Positions 50,101-64,000 of a stretch of 64,000 nt of DNA are shown here, in pieces. The notes beneath the pieces were generated by a model that worked only from the letters and a program-made list of their open reading frames with translations, did not search any database and was not told where the DNA came from. The position numbers and the translations under genes were made by a program. Origin of the DNA: Balanoglossus misakiensis. Lineage: Eukaryota; Animalia; Hemichordata. Where the stretch lies: NCBI GenBank assembly GCA_040954595.2, contig CM082585.2, forward strand, positions 2,200,902-2,264,901, written 5' to 3'. Positions within the stretch are counted from its first letter, which is position 1; each line of letters begins with the position of its first letter.

Positions 50101-53100
50101 CGCCATTTCCCCTAATGCAAAGAATCACATTCAATGTCACCATTGCATTAGCAATTTTAAATTACAGTGTTTTTGGACATGTATTAACCTATGGATTTGC
50201 AATTAACTTTAAATCCCCATATGCGTTATATTCCAATGTCAAGTGAAGGGCTTGAAACACCATCTATCCTGATGCATCATCAAGCTTGCTTCACAATTTA
50301 CCCTGATGCAAAAAATCACATTCAGCGTCACCATTTCATTAGCAATGTCAAATTACAGTGCTTATTGCCACGTATTAACCTGGGAATTTACAGACAACTT
50401 TAAATACCCATGCATATACATTAAATACCTATGTCAAAGTGCAGAGCTTGCATCACCATTTACTCTGATGCACCATTAGGCTTGCTACGCCATTTCCCCT
50501 AATGCAAAGAATCACATTCAATGTCACCATTGCATTAGCAATTTTAAATTACAGTGTTTTTGGCCATGTATTAACCTATGGATTTGCAATTAACTTTAAA
50601 TCCCCATATGCGTTATATTCCAATGTCAAGTGAAGGGCTTGAAACACCATCTATCCTGATGCATCATCAAGCTTGCTTCACAATTTACCCTGATGCAAAA
50701 AATCACATTCAGCGTCACCATTTCATTAGCAATGTCAAATTACAGTGCTTATTGCCACGTATTAACCTGGGAATTTACAGACAACTTTAAATACACATGC
50801 ATATACATTAAATACCTATGTCAAAGTGCAGAGCTTGCATCACCATCTACTCTGATGCATCATTAGGTTTGCATCGCCATTCCCCCTAATGCAAAGAATC
50901 AGATTCAATGTCACCCTTGCATTAGCAATTTTAAATTACAGTGCTTTTGGACATGTATTAACCTAGGGATTTTCAATCAACTTTAAATCCCCATATGCGT
51001 TATATTCCATTGTCAATGTGAAGGGCTTGAAACACCATCTGTCCTGATGCATCATCAAGCTTGCTTCACAATTTACCCCGATGGAAAGAATCAGATTTAA
51101 TGTCACGGTAGCATTAGCAATGTCAAACTACAGTGCTTATGGCCACGTATCAACCTGGGGATTTACAATCAACTTTAAATCCCCATATGCGTTATATTCC
51201 AATGTCAATGTGAAGGGCTTGAAATACCATCTACCCTGATCCATCATCAAGCTGCTTCCCCATTTGCCCTGATGCAAAGAATCAGATATAGTGTCAACAT
51301 TGCATTAGCAATGTCAAATTACAGTGCTTTTGGACACGTATTAACACAGGGATTTATAATCTACTTGAAATCCCTATATGCTTTTTATACCCATGTCTAA
51401 GCGAAGTGTTTGCATCACTATCTACTGTGATGCATCATCAAGCATGCTTCGCCATTTACGCTGATGCAAAGAATCAGATTCAATGTCACCATTGCATTAG
51501 CAATGTCAAATTGCTGTGCTTTTGGCCATGTATAAACATCGGGATTTATAATCAACTTGAAATCCCCATATGCTTTTTATACCCATGTCAAAGCGAAGTG
51601 TTTGCATCACTATCTACAGTAATGCATCGTCAAGCATGCTTCGCCATTTGCCCTAATGCAAAGAATCACATTAAATGTCACTGTTGCATTCGCAATGTCA
51701 AATTACTGTGCTTTTGGCCACGTATTAACCTGGCGATTTACAGTCAACTTTAAATCCCCATATGCATTATATTCCAATGTCAATGTGAAGGGCTTGAAAA
51801 ACCATCTACCCTGATGCATCATCAAGTTTGTTTCGCCATTAACCCTGATGCAAATAATCAGTGTCACCATAGCATTAGCAATGGCAAATAAAAGTGCTTT
51901 CGGCCACATATTAACCCAGGGATTTATAATCAACTTGAAATCCCCATATGAATTTTATACCTATGTCAAAGCGAAGTGCTTGCATCAATATCTACCGTGA
52001 TGCATCATCAAGCTTGCTTCGCCATTTGCCCTAATGCAAAGAATCAGATTCAATGTCACCCTTGCATTAGCAATGTCAAATTACAGTTCGTTTGGCCGTA
52101 TACTAACCTGGGGATTTACAATCAACTTTAAATCCCCATATGCATTATATTCTAATGTCAATGTGAAGGGCTTGAAACACCATCTATCCTGATGCATCAT
52201 CAAGCTTGCTTCACCATTTTCCCTGATGCAAAGAATCAGATTTAGTATCACGGTAGCATTAGCAATGTCAAATTACAGTGCCTATGGCCACGTATTAACC
52301 TCGGGATGTACGGACAACTTTAAATACCCTTGCATATACATTTAATACCTATGTCAAAATGCAGAGCTTGCATCACCATATACTCCAATGCATTATTAAG
52401 CTTGCTTCGCCATTTTCCCTGATGCAAAGAATCAGATTAAATGTCACCGTTGTATTAGCAATGTCAAATTAAAGTGCTTTTGGACTTGTATTAACCCAGG
52501 GATTTACAGTCAACTTTTAATCCCCCTGTATACATTTTAAACCCCGGTGTCAAAGTTTAGTGATTGCATCACCATTGACCCTGGTGCATCATCAAGCATT
52601 CTTCAGAATTTGCCCTGATGCAAAGAATCAGATTCAATGTCACCCTTGCATTAGCAATTTTAAATTACAGTGCTTTTGGACATGTATTAACCTAGGGATT
52701 TACAGTCAACATTAAATACCCATGCACATGCATTAAATACCTATGTCAAAATGCATAGCTTGCATCACCATCTACTCCAATGCATCATTAAGCTTGCTTA
52801 GCCATTTCCCCTAATGCAAAGAATTACATTCAATGTCACCATTTCATTAGCAATGTCAAATTACAGTGCTTTTGGATGCGTAGTAACCCAAGGATTTGTA
52901 ATCAACTTGAAATCCCCATATGCATTTAATACCCATGTCAAAGTGAACTGTTTGCATCACTATCTACCGTGATGCATCATCAAGCCTGCATCGCCATTTA
53001 CCCTGATGCAAAGACTCAGATTCAATATCATCGTTGCATTAGCAATGTCAAATTACAGTGCTTATGGCCACGTATTAACCTGAGGATTTACAGTCAACAT

Positions 53101-56100
53101 TAAATCCCCATATGCATTATATTCAAAAGTCAATGTGAAGGGCTTGGAACACCATCTATCCTGATGCATCATCACGTTTGCTTCACCATTTATCGATATT
53201 CAATGTCACCCTTGCATTAGTAATTTTAAATTACAGTGCTTTTGGCCATGTATTAACCTCAGGATTTAGAGTCAACTTTAAATATCAATGCGCATGCATT
53301 AAATACCCATGTCAAAGTGAAGTGTTTGCATCACTATCTACTGAGATGCATCGTCAAGCTTGCATCGCCATTTACCCTGATGCAAAGACTCAGATTCAAT
53401 ATCATTGTTGCATTAGCAATGTCAAATTACAGTGCTTATGGCCACGTATTAACCTGAGGATTTACAGTCAACATTAAATACCCATGCATATGCATTAAAT
53501 ACCTATGTCAAAGTGCAGAGCTTGCATCACCATCTACTCTGATGCACCATTAGGCTTGCTACGCCATTTCCCCTAATGCAAAGAATCACATTCAATGTCA
53601 CCATTGCATTAGCAATTTTAAATTACAGTGCTTTTGGCCATGTATTAACCTGGGGATTTACAATCAACTTTAAATCCCCATATGCGTTATATTCCAATGT
53701 CAATGTGAAGGGCTTGAAACACCATCTATCATGATACATCATCAAGCTTGCTTCACAATTTACCCTGATGCAAAGAATCAGATTTAGTATCACGGTAGCA
53801 TTAGCAATGTCAAATTACAGTGATTATGGCCACGTATTAACCTGGGGATTTACAGACAACTTTAAATACCCATGCATATACATTTAATACCTATGTCAAA
53901 ATGCAGAGCTTGCATCACCATATACTCCGATGCATTATTAAGCTTGCTTCACCATTTGCCCTGATGCAAAGAATCAGTTTAAATGTCACCGTTGTATTAT
54001 CAATGTCAAATTACGGTGCTTTTGGACTTGTATTAACCTGGGGATTTACAGTCAACTTTTAATCCCCCTGTATACATTTTAAACCCCGGTGTCAAAGTTT
54101 AGTGATTGCATCACCATTGACCCTGGTGCATCATCAAGCATTCTTCAGAATTTGCCCTGATGCAAAGAATCAGATTCAATATCACCCTTGCATTAGCAAT
54201 TTTAAATTACAGTGCTTTTGGACATGTATTAACCTGGGGATTTACAGTCAACATTAAATACCCATGCATAGGCATTAAATACCTATGTCACAATGCATAG
54301 CTTACATCACCATCTACTCTGATGCACCATTATGCTCGCTACGCCATTTCCCCTAATGCAAAGAATGACATTCAATGTCACCATTGCATTTGCAATTGTA
54401 AATTACAGTGCTTTTGGCCATGTATTAACCTAGGGATTTTCAATCAACTTTAAATCCCCATATGCGTTATATTCCATTGTCAATGTGAAGGGCTTGAAAC
54501 ACCATCTGTCCTGATGCATCATCAAGCTTGCTTCACAATTTACCCCGATGGAAAGAATCAGATTTAATGTCATGGTAGCATTAGCAATGTCAAACTACAG
54601 TGCTTATGGCCACGTATCAACCTGGGGATTTACAATCAACTTTAAATCCCCATATGCGTTATATTCCAATGTCAATGTGAAGGGCTTGAAATACCATCTA
54701 CCCTGATGCATCATCAAGTTTGTTTTGACAACTTTAAATCCCCCTCAGCATGCATTTAATCCCCATGTCAAAGTGCAGAGCTTGCATCACCATCTATCCT
54801 GATGCATCATCAAGCTGCTTCGCCATTTGCCCTGATGCAAAGAATCAGATATAGTGTCACCATTGCATAAGCAATGTCAAATTACAGTGCTTTTGGACAC
54901 GTATTAACACAGGGATTTATAATCTATTTGAAATCCCTATATGCTTTTTATACCCATGTCTAAGCGAAGTGTTTGCATCACTATCTACTGTGATGCATCG
55001 TCAAGCATGCTTCGCCATTTGCCTTAATGCAAAGAATCAGATTAAATGTCACTGTTGCATTCGCAATGTCAAATTACTGTGCTTTTGGCCACGTATTAAC
55101 CTGGCGATTTACAGTCAACTTTAAACATCTGTGCATATGCATTAAATACGCATGTCAAAGTGCAGTGTCTCCATCACCATTGATCCTGATGCATCACCAA
55201 GCATGCTTCGCTATATGCCCTGATGCAAAGAATCAGATTTAGTATCACAGTAGCATTAGCCATGTCAAATTACAGTGCTTTTGGCTATGTATTAACCTGG
55301 GGATTTACAATCAACTTTAAATCCCCATATGCATTATATTCCAATGTCAATGTGAAGGGCTTGAAATACCATCTACCCTGATGCATCATCAAGTTTGTTT
55401 CGCCATTAACCCTGATGCAAATAATCAGTGTCACCATAGCATCAGCAATGTCAAATTACTGAGCATTTGGCCATGTATTAACTTGCGGGTTTACAATCAA
55501 CTTCAAATCCCCATATGCATTATATTGCAATGTTAACTTGAACGGCTTGAAACACCATCTATACTGATGCATCATCAAGCTTTCTTCACAATTTACCCTG
55601 ATGCAAAGAATCAGATTTAGTGTCGCCATAGCATTAGCAATGGCAAATAAAAGTGCTTTCGGCCACATATTAACCCAGGGATTTATAATCAACTTGAAAT
55701 CCCTATATGAATTTTATACCTATGTCAAAGCGAAGTGCTTGCATCAATATCTACCGTGATGCATCATCAAGCTTGCTTCGCCATTTGCCCTAATGCAAAG
55801 AATCAGATTCAATGTCACTGTTGCATTAGCAATGTCAAATTATAGTGCGTTTGGCCGTATACTAACCTGGGGATTTACAATCAACTTTAAATCCCCATAT
55901 GCATTATATTCTAATGTCAATGTGAAGGGCTTGAAACACCATCTATCATGATGCATCATCAAGCTTGCTTCACCATTTTCCCTGATGCAAAAAATCAGAT
56001 TTAGTGTCATGGTAGCATTAGCAAATCCCTATATGCATTTGATACCCATGTCAAAGTGAAGTGTTTGCATCACTATCTACCGTGATGCATCATCAAGCTT

Positions 56101-59100
56101 GCATCGCCATTCACCCTTATGCAAAGAATCAGATTCAATGTCACCGTTGCATTAGCAATGTCAAATTACAGTGCTTATGGCCACGTATTAACCTGAGGAT
56201 TTACAGTCAACATTAAATACCCATGCATATCCATTAAATACCTATGTCAAAGTGTAGAGCTTGCATCACCATTTACTCTGATGCACCATTAGGCTTGCTA
56301 CGCCATTTCCCCTAATGCAAAGAATCACATTCAATGTCACCATTGCATTAGCAATTTTAAATTACAGTGTTTTTGGCTATGTATTAACCTATGGATTTGC
56401 AATTAACTTTAAATCCCCATATGCGTTATATTCCAATGTCAAGTGAAGGGCTTGAAACACCATCTATCCTGATGCATCATCAAGCTTGCTTCACAATTTA
56501 CCCTGATGCAAAAAATCACATTCAGCGTCACCATTTCATTAGCAATGTCAAATTACAGTGCTTATTGCCACGTATTAACCTGGGAATTTACAGACAACTT
56601 TAAATACCCATGCATATACATTAAATACCTATGTCAAAGTGCAGAGCTTGCATCACCATCTACTCTGATGCATCATTAGGTTTGCATCGCCATTCCCCAT
56701 AATGCAAAGAATCAGATTCAATGTCACCCTTGCATTAGCAATTTTAAATTACAGTGCTTTTGGACATATATTAACCTGGGGATTTACAGTCGACATTAAA
56801 TACCCATGCATATGCATTAAATATCTATGTCAAAGTGCAGAGCTTGCATCACCATCTACTCTGATGTACCATTATGCTTGCTACGCCATTTCCCCTAATG
56901 CAAAGAATGACATTCAATGTCACCATTGCATTTGCAATTTTAAATTACAGTGCTTTTGGCCATGTATTAACCTAGGGATTTTCAATCAACTTTAAATCCC
57001 CATATGCGTTATATTCCATTGTCAATGTGAAGGGCTTGAAACACCATCTGTCCTGATGCATCATCAAGCTTGCTTCACAATTTACCCCGATGGAAAGAAT
57101 CAGATTTAATGTCACGGTAGCATTAGCAATGTCAAACTACAGTGCTTATGGCCACGTATCAACCTGGGGATTTACAATCAACTTTAAATCCCCATATGCG
57201 TTATATTCCAATGTCAATGTGAAGGGCTTGAAATACCTTCTACCCTGATGCATCATCAAGTTTGTTTTGACAACTTTAAATCCCCCTCAGCATGCATTTA
57301 ATCCTCATGTCAAAGTGCAGAGCTTGCATCACCATCTATCCTGATGCATCATCAAGCTGCTTCGCCATTAACCCTGATGCAAATAATCAGTGTCACCATA
57401 GCATTAGCAATGGCAAATAAAAGTGCTTTCGGCCACATATTAACCCAGGGATTTATAATCAACTTGAAATCCCCATATGAATTTTATACCTATGTCAAAG
57501 CGAAGTGCTTGCATCAATATCTACCGTGATGCATCATCAAGCTTGCTTCGCCATTTGCCCTAATGCAAAGAATCAGATTCAATGTCACTGTAGCATTAGC
57601 AATGTCAAATTACAGTGCTTTTGGCCATACAATCAACTTTAAATCCCCATGTGCGTTATATTCCAATGTCAATGTGAAGGGCTTGAAACACCATCTATCA
57701 TGATACATCATCAAGCTTGCTTCACAATTTACCCTGATGCAAAGAATCAGATTTAGTATCACGGTAGCATTAGCAATGTCAAATTACAGTGCCTATGGCC
57801 ACGTATTAACCTCGGGATTTACGGACAACTTTAAATACCCATGCATATACATTTAATACCTATGTCAAAGTGCAGAGCTTGCATCACCATTTACTCCGAT
57901 GCATTATTAAGCTTGCTTCACCATTTTCCCTGATGCAAAGAATCAGATTAAATGTCACCGTTGTATTAGCAATGTCAAATTAAAGTGCTTTTGGACTTGT
58001 ATTAACCTGGGGATTTACAGTCAACTTTTAATCCCCCTGTATACATTTTAAACCCCGGTGTAAAAGTTTAGTGATTGCATCACCATTGACCCTGGTGCAT
58101 CATCAAGCATTCTTCAGAATTTGCCCTGATGCAAAGAATCAGATTCAATGTCACCCTTGCATTAGCAATTTTAAATTACAGTGCTTTTGGACATGTATTA
58201 ACCTAGGGATTTACAGTCAACATTAAATACCCATGCACATGCATTAAATACCTATGTCAAAATGCATAGCTTGCATCACCATCTACTCCAATGCATCATT
58301 AAACTTTTAGCCATTTCCCCTAATGCAAAGAATTACATTCAATGTCACCATTTCATTAGCAATGTCAAACTACAGTGCTTTTGGGTGCGTATTAACCCAG
58401 GGATTTGTAATCAACTTGAAATCCCCATATGCATTTAATACCCATGTCAGAGTGAACTGTTTGCATCACTATCTACCGTGATGCATCATCAAGCCTGTAT
58501 CGCCATTTACCCTGATGCATAGAATCAGATTCAATGTCACCATTTCATTAGCAATGTCAAACTACAGTGCTTTTGGGTGCGTATTAACCCAGGGATTTGT
58601 AATCAACTTGAAATCCCCATATGCATTTAATACCCATGTCAGAGTGAACTGTTTGCATCACTATCTACCGTGATGCATCATCAAGCCTGTATCGCCATTT
58701 ACCCTGATGCATAGAATCAGATTCAATGTCACCGTTGCATTAGCAATGTCAAATAAAAGTGCTTTTGGCCATGTATTAACCTAGGGATTTACAATCAACT
58801 TTAAATCCCCATATGCATTATATTCAAAAGTCAATGTGAAGGGCTTCAAACACCATCTATCCTGATGCATCATCACGTTTGCTTCACCATTTATCCATAT
58901 TCAATGTCACGCTTGCATTAGTAATTTTAAATTACAGTGCTTTTGGCCATGTATTAACCTCGGGATTTAGAGTCAACTTTAAATATCAATGCGCATGCAT
59001 TAAATACCCATGTCAAAGTGAAGTGTTTGCATCACTATCTACCGGGATGCATCATCAAGCTTGCATCGCCATTTACCCTGATGCAAAGAATCAGATTCAA

Positions 59101-59610
59101 TATCATCGTTGCATTAGCAATGTCAAATTACAGTGCTTATGGCCACGTATTAACCTGAGGATATACAATCAACTTTAAATCCCCATATGCGTTATATTCC
59201 AATGTCAATGTGAAGGGCTTGAAACACCATCCATCATGATGCATCATCAAGCTTGCTTCACAATTTACCCTGATGCAAGAATCAGATTTAGTGTCACGGT
59301 AGCATTAGCAATGTCAAATTACAGTGCTTTTGGCCACGTATTAACCTGGGGATTTACAGTCAACATTAAATACCCATGCACATGCATTAAATACCTATGT
59401 CAAAGTGAAGTGTTTGCATCACTATCTACCTGGCTGCATCATCAAGCTTGCATCGCCATTCCCCCTAATGCAAAGAATCAGATTCAATGTCATCGTTGCA
59501 TTAGCAATGTCAAATAAAATTGCTTTTGGACACGTATTAACCCAGGGATTTCAGTCAACTTTTAGTATCCCTGTATGCATTTTAAACCCCGGTGTCAACG
59601 TTTAGTGATT
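44165..59610 (+). repeat. Large satellite array of ~194-bp diverged monomers with kb-scale higher-order duplications
   Basis: Monomer AATGTCAAATTACAGTGCTTTTGGCCACGTATTAACCTGGGGATTTAC...TGATGCATCATCAAGC...TGATGCAAAGAATCAGATT. Matching ORF-track peptides recur at offsets of 287, 387, 3930, 4705, 5701 and 6200 bp. Confidence 0.97.
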
Positions 59611-61239
59611 AACTTCTTTGCTATTTAAACATTACATTTTGAGTAAAAGGGGTGAAATGGGATTAAAGTTTATAGTGACATATCGAAAAGAATCTATTTG
59701 AATTCGTTCATTTCTGAAATCATATCGAAAAGAATCTATTTCAATTCGTTCATATCTGAAATATGATAATACGAATATGCATGTTTTATTCGCCATATAT
59801 GAACACCAATGAAAAGTTATGTTTCCAGCTTAGGTATCGGTGGATTTGAACCACCTGACATCAGAAGACGCCTCCAGAATACCTTTAAATTGGTTGCATA
59901 ATTTTCATGTGAATGTTCATAATATAGCGAGTGATTAATCCCTAATTTATTGTTTTGGGGGGGGGGGGTGGGGGTGGGGGGGGGGAGTTCAAGTAGCATA
60001 TCTTGCAGGCCAATTTGAAACAATGTGTCATGTGGTTAAACTGAAAGAAATTAACCAATATAGTTTCAGCTCTTTTTGAAACAAGGTGTCATTTGGTTGA
60101 ACAATGGGCCAGTCAAAATAGCATCTGCTAATTATGCACACAATAGTGTGATGGGTTAGTGGGTTAAGTTTACTTTTACCTTAGCGTTATATAACACACT
60201 ATCGTGTACATAATCTCGCAGAGCTCATTCACAATTGTTTTAAAATAAAGCAAGATAACTACATGTATGATAACACACATCTAATTTACGCGCCTAAAGG
60301 GCAGTTAAAAAACCTCATACCAATTACAAAAGAGGGAAAAAAAACTGTCCTCTCCTCCTCTCACCCCATGATCTAAGCTAAATTTGGAATTTGGATGGGG
60401 TGGGGAGGTTAAGCTAACCTAACATTGTGCTAACATTTTCTGCCTGTCTGTCGCGTACAATGTGTCGATGCGCGAATACAATCACGGGTACCGTTGCGAG
60501 AAATTCCACCGAATAACGATGCTGACGAGTATTATCTATCTGAGAAATAATAGCATGTTATTCATAAAATATACACATTAACCAATGAATGAACCAACAT
60601 GATTATTAGACCTTGGACACTTATTTAACATTTTATCATTATTATACCTCTGTCATCATCATCAATATTAACACCCTTTTTATACTTAATATCACCATAA
60701 GCCATCACCACAATTATTAATCGTTATTATACCCTTGCACAATTGTTACCCTTATTAAACCCGACACAGTTATTACTATTATTATACCCTTCTCATTCAT
60801 ATACCCATTATAACCTGTGTACACAAGCCATCATCATATTATAAACCCGTTATACCTTTATACCACATTTGTTACCCTAATATTATTCCCTTCATACAAG
60901 CAACCGTTGTTACCCCTTTATAACCTGTGTACACTCAAATTTTACCATAAAACCATCATCACATTTGTAACCCTTTTATTAAACCAAATTCAAATTTGTT
61001 CACCGTTATTATACCATACACATTTCGGAACCTATTATCATACCCTGCACAAAGCCATTGCTGTTAACCTAATTTTAAAACAAGTAATCACTACCAATTA
61101 TTAACCCGATTTATTGGACTATTAAGTTTTATATTACGATCACCTCGTTTTGTACGTCTATATTACTCTATCTTATAATTTTGGTCAATAGGATATTATG
61201 TTGAAACTCCACTTCTCCATTCTTCCACTTCTCCATCCT

Positions 61240-61720
61240 TTAGGTTGACGCTCCATCCATCCATCCATCAAAGTTTATATTAGTAGGTTGACTATGGTTG
61301 ACTCTCCGCTCCATCCTCCCATCAAATTTTACGTTAGTTGGTTGATTATGGTGTTACCAGTGTGCCCTACAGGAAAGAAAAAGAGGAAAAAACAGAGAAA
61401 AAACTCCACTTCTCCATCCTTCCACTTCTCCATCCTTTAAGTTGACGCTCCGCGGCACCATCCATCCATCAAAGTTTATATTTTAGTAAGTTGACTATGG
61501 TTGACGCTCCGCTCCATCCATCCATCAAAGTTTATATTAGTAGGTTGACTATGGTTGACGCTCCGCTCCATTCATCCATCAAAGTTTATATTAGTAGGTT
61601 GACTATGGTTGACGCTCCCCTCCATCCATCCATCAAAGTTTATATTAGTAGGTTGACTATGGTTGACACTCCGCTCCATCCATCCATCAAATTTTACGTT
61701 AGTAGGTTGATTATGGTGTT
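61240..61720 (+). repeat. 54-bp minisatellite
   Basis: TTGACTATGGTTGACGCTCCGCTCCATCCATCCATCAAAGTTTATATTAGTAGG, ~4 tandem copies from 61491 plus partial copies at 61240-61350 and 61440-61490. Confidence 0.9.
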
Positions 61721-62619
61721 ACCATTGGGGCCTACAGGGAAAAAAAGAAAAAAAAGAGAAAAGAAGAGAAAAAAAGAAAGAAAGAAAGAAAGAGAGAGAG
61801 AAGGAGAAGAGTACCGGTGGGACCTACAAAAAAAAAAGAATGAAAGAATTAAATGCATGAAATCAATGATAATAATAGGATTAATTTGGCAAGCCAGCCC
61901 AACCCAACATACTGCGGGTCAAGGGGTACATATCGTCAATTAATGAAAAAAAAATAAAGTGCAACAAACATTGGCTAGGTCAAAGCAGTTCCTATGGATA
62001 CCAGAGAGTGCCAATGCTGTATCTGCTATGTATATAGGAAAGCAGATCAAAGGTCACCAAGAGCTCACCCAAAATTGTCAACAAATGTTTCTTCCAAAAT
62101 TATCAGTGTAAAATGAAAAACAAGACTTCTGGCTCTATTGGTTAACCTGGTAATTAGGTGTTCCAGCCCTCAAAATTTGAAGGCGTTATCTGCTGTGCAT
62201 GCCAAGGCAGGGAAAATAGGTTTAAGGTAACCAAAGCTAACAAAAATGTCAGAAAAAAATGTGATCGCATACTGGTGAATGTTCAAGAAAACCCAGACTC
62301 AAAGCTTCATTATCTAGTCTACAATTACGTAAGCACATATTTATAAGGTTATCATTGGTCAAGAAATTCAGCAAAAAAATTAAGTCCAATAGTAGAGCAT
62401 GTTCATAAAAAATTCAACCTGTAACAATATGGGTAAGCTCAGCATTAGATATTCACATATTTAATAAGCTCAACATTGGTCCAGTGGATTCCAAATGTAA
62501 CAAAAAAAGCTAAGTCCCATACTTGTCCATATACATCAAAAACCAAACCTCTAGTGCTATTAGTCTAGTCGCCATAAGATATTCAGAAAAGAATACAGGT
62601 GCCAAACTTAGGACAAAGT

Positions 62620-64000
62620 TCAATGCCAATATTATCAAAAAATTTGGGTTATGTCCTGGCAGCAGTACTATTCGTGTGAAAAATAAATCATCACTGTTTT
62701 GCTTTTCAACAAGAGGCATATCCACGAATAATTAAGTTCTGAAAAAAAAATGGATCAAAGTACATGCGAAAGTTGCCAAAAAATGCAACGTATTCTGGTC
62801 ATATGGTGACTCGTATCTATAAAAAGAATTGGTGTGCAATCAAAGTTTTTAATCAGAATTCATAAAATCCAATTTGGCTTCAATAAACTTTAATTAAGTT
62901 CTGAAAGATCTGGATCAAAAGACAAATGAAAGTTGCCTAAAAATTTGTATTATTAAGTGTTGGAAAAACTGGATTAAAGGACATGTGCAATATGCCAAAA
63001 ATGGTAACATATTCTGGTCATATAGTGAGTCATATACATATAAATAATGTTTGTGCTATCAATGAGTAGGCCATAAATAGGAAATCTTAGTTTTAAATCG
63101 TTGTTCAGAAAATCCAATTTGGCTCCAATAAGGTTTAACCAATCACAATTCACTTGAAAACTTGATTAGAAAAAGTGTTTTAATGATATTTTTCAAAAAT
63201 CTAATAAGGAATTCTAAGTCACATGACTACTAGCAATATTACAGTCAAACTTTGAACTGCACAGTATATTCGAACTTGATTGTCCCTGTAGTTTTGGAAA
63301 AGAACTGTCATCTTTTAAAGGTTATCAGAAAATCCAATATGGCCACCCTGAAGAAGACAATTAAAGGAACATGCAGCATTACAGGGACCAAAGCAGTTAG
63401 CATGGTTCCAACAGAAAGCAAACTCTGTATCTGTTGTGGATGCTTAGAAATGGTAGGTAAGCCAGAGGTCACGGAAATTTGTGGCAACAAATTTTGACAT
63501 CAAACTGATCAGTGTTCAACAAAAAAACAGACTTTTATTCTCAATTGGTTAACTAGAAAAAGCTTATGTACACAACTTTTGTGTTAAAGTTTAATACTTT
63601 ATTAGGTGTTTAAGGCCTAAAAATCTGAAGGCTGTATCTGTTGTGCAGGCCAGGTTATGGGAAAGTACATCAAAGGTCATTGCCAAAATTATCAAAATAT
63701 TTGGGTTATGTCCTGGCAGCAGTAGTACTCTTTGAACAAAATCATGACTGTTGAGCTTTTTATCAAGAGCCATATCCACATAAAATTAAGTTATGGAATT
63801 ACTGGATCAAAGGACATGCGAGAGTCACCAACAAATTGTTTAATCAAATACTGAAAAAAAACTGGATCAAAGAACATATGAAAGTTGTCAAAAAATGTAA
63901 CATATTCTAGTCATATGGTGACTCGTATCCACAGAAAGAATTTGTGTGCTTTCAATGAGTAGGATAAAAAAAGGAATTTTAGCTTTTAATCGGAGTTCAG
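62620..64000 (+). repeat. Diverged local repeat family
   Basis: TTTGGGTTATGTCCTGGCAGCAGTA at ~62643 and ~63700, and CTGGATCAAAG...ATTCTGGTCATATGGTGACTCGTATC recurring several times. Confidence 0.65.

Noticed and set aside
44165-59610. Satellite ORFs or a CRISPR-like array
   Set aside because: The monomers are contiguous with no unique spacers or cas genes, and the ORFs are chance frames recurring with the repeat.
61491-61943. 150-aa ORF with 18-aa repeats
   Set aside because: An in-frame 54-bp minisatellite plus a purine-rich low-complexity tract; no coding evidence.

Overview
Eukaryotic, AT-rich window, probably from a marine invertebrate (inferred from the element types). It consists almost entirely of satellites, segmental repeats and nested transposons, and I found no host gene. 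From left to right: (1) an ~85-bp AT-rich satellite at 1.1-3.3 kb and several MITEs. (2) A 3'-truncated Gmr1-type Ty3/gypsy element on the minus strand (SCAN-gag, PR, IN before RT, tRNA-Pro PBS, one 1.3-kb LTR). (3) Inside its pol, a 5,474-bp DNA transposon at 11994-17467 with CACT...AGTG ends and a 3-bp TGT duplication. It carries a spliced CMC/Transib/RAG1-like DDE transposase facing, tail-to-tail, an intact 216-aa orphan gene that is not RAG2, and has bipartite RSS-like ends. This is the best candidate for an undescribed system. (4) A multi-exon Kolobok-like transposase gene whose introns hold a complete 5,001-bp Mag-like LTR retrotransposon (identical 154-bp LTRs, ATGAT TSD), a TTAA MITE and a hairpin element. 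(5) Kolobok-derived fold-back MITEs and a composite dispersed repeat that leads into a ~15-kb array of ~194-bp satellite monomers with kb-scale higher-order duplications. Family assignments rest on motifs read by eye; no database searches were run.
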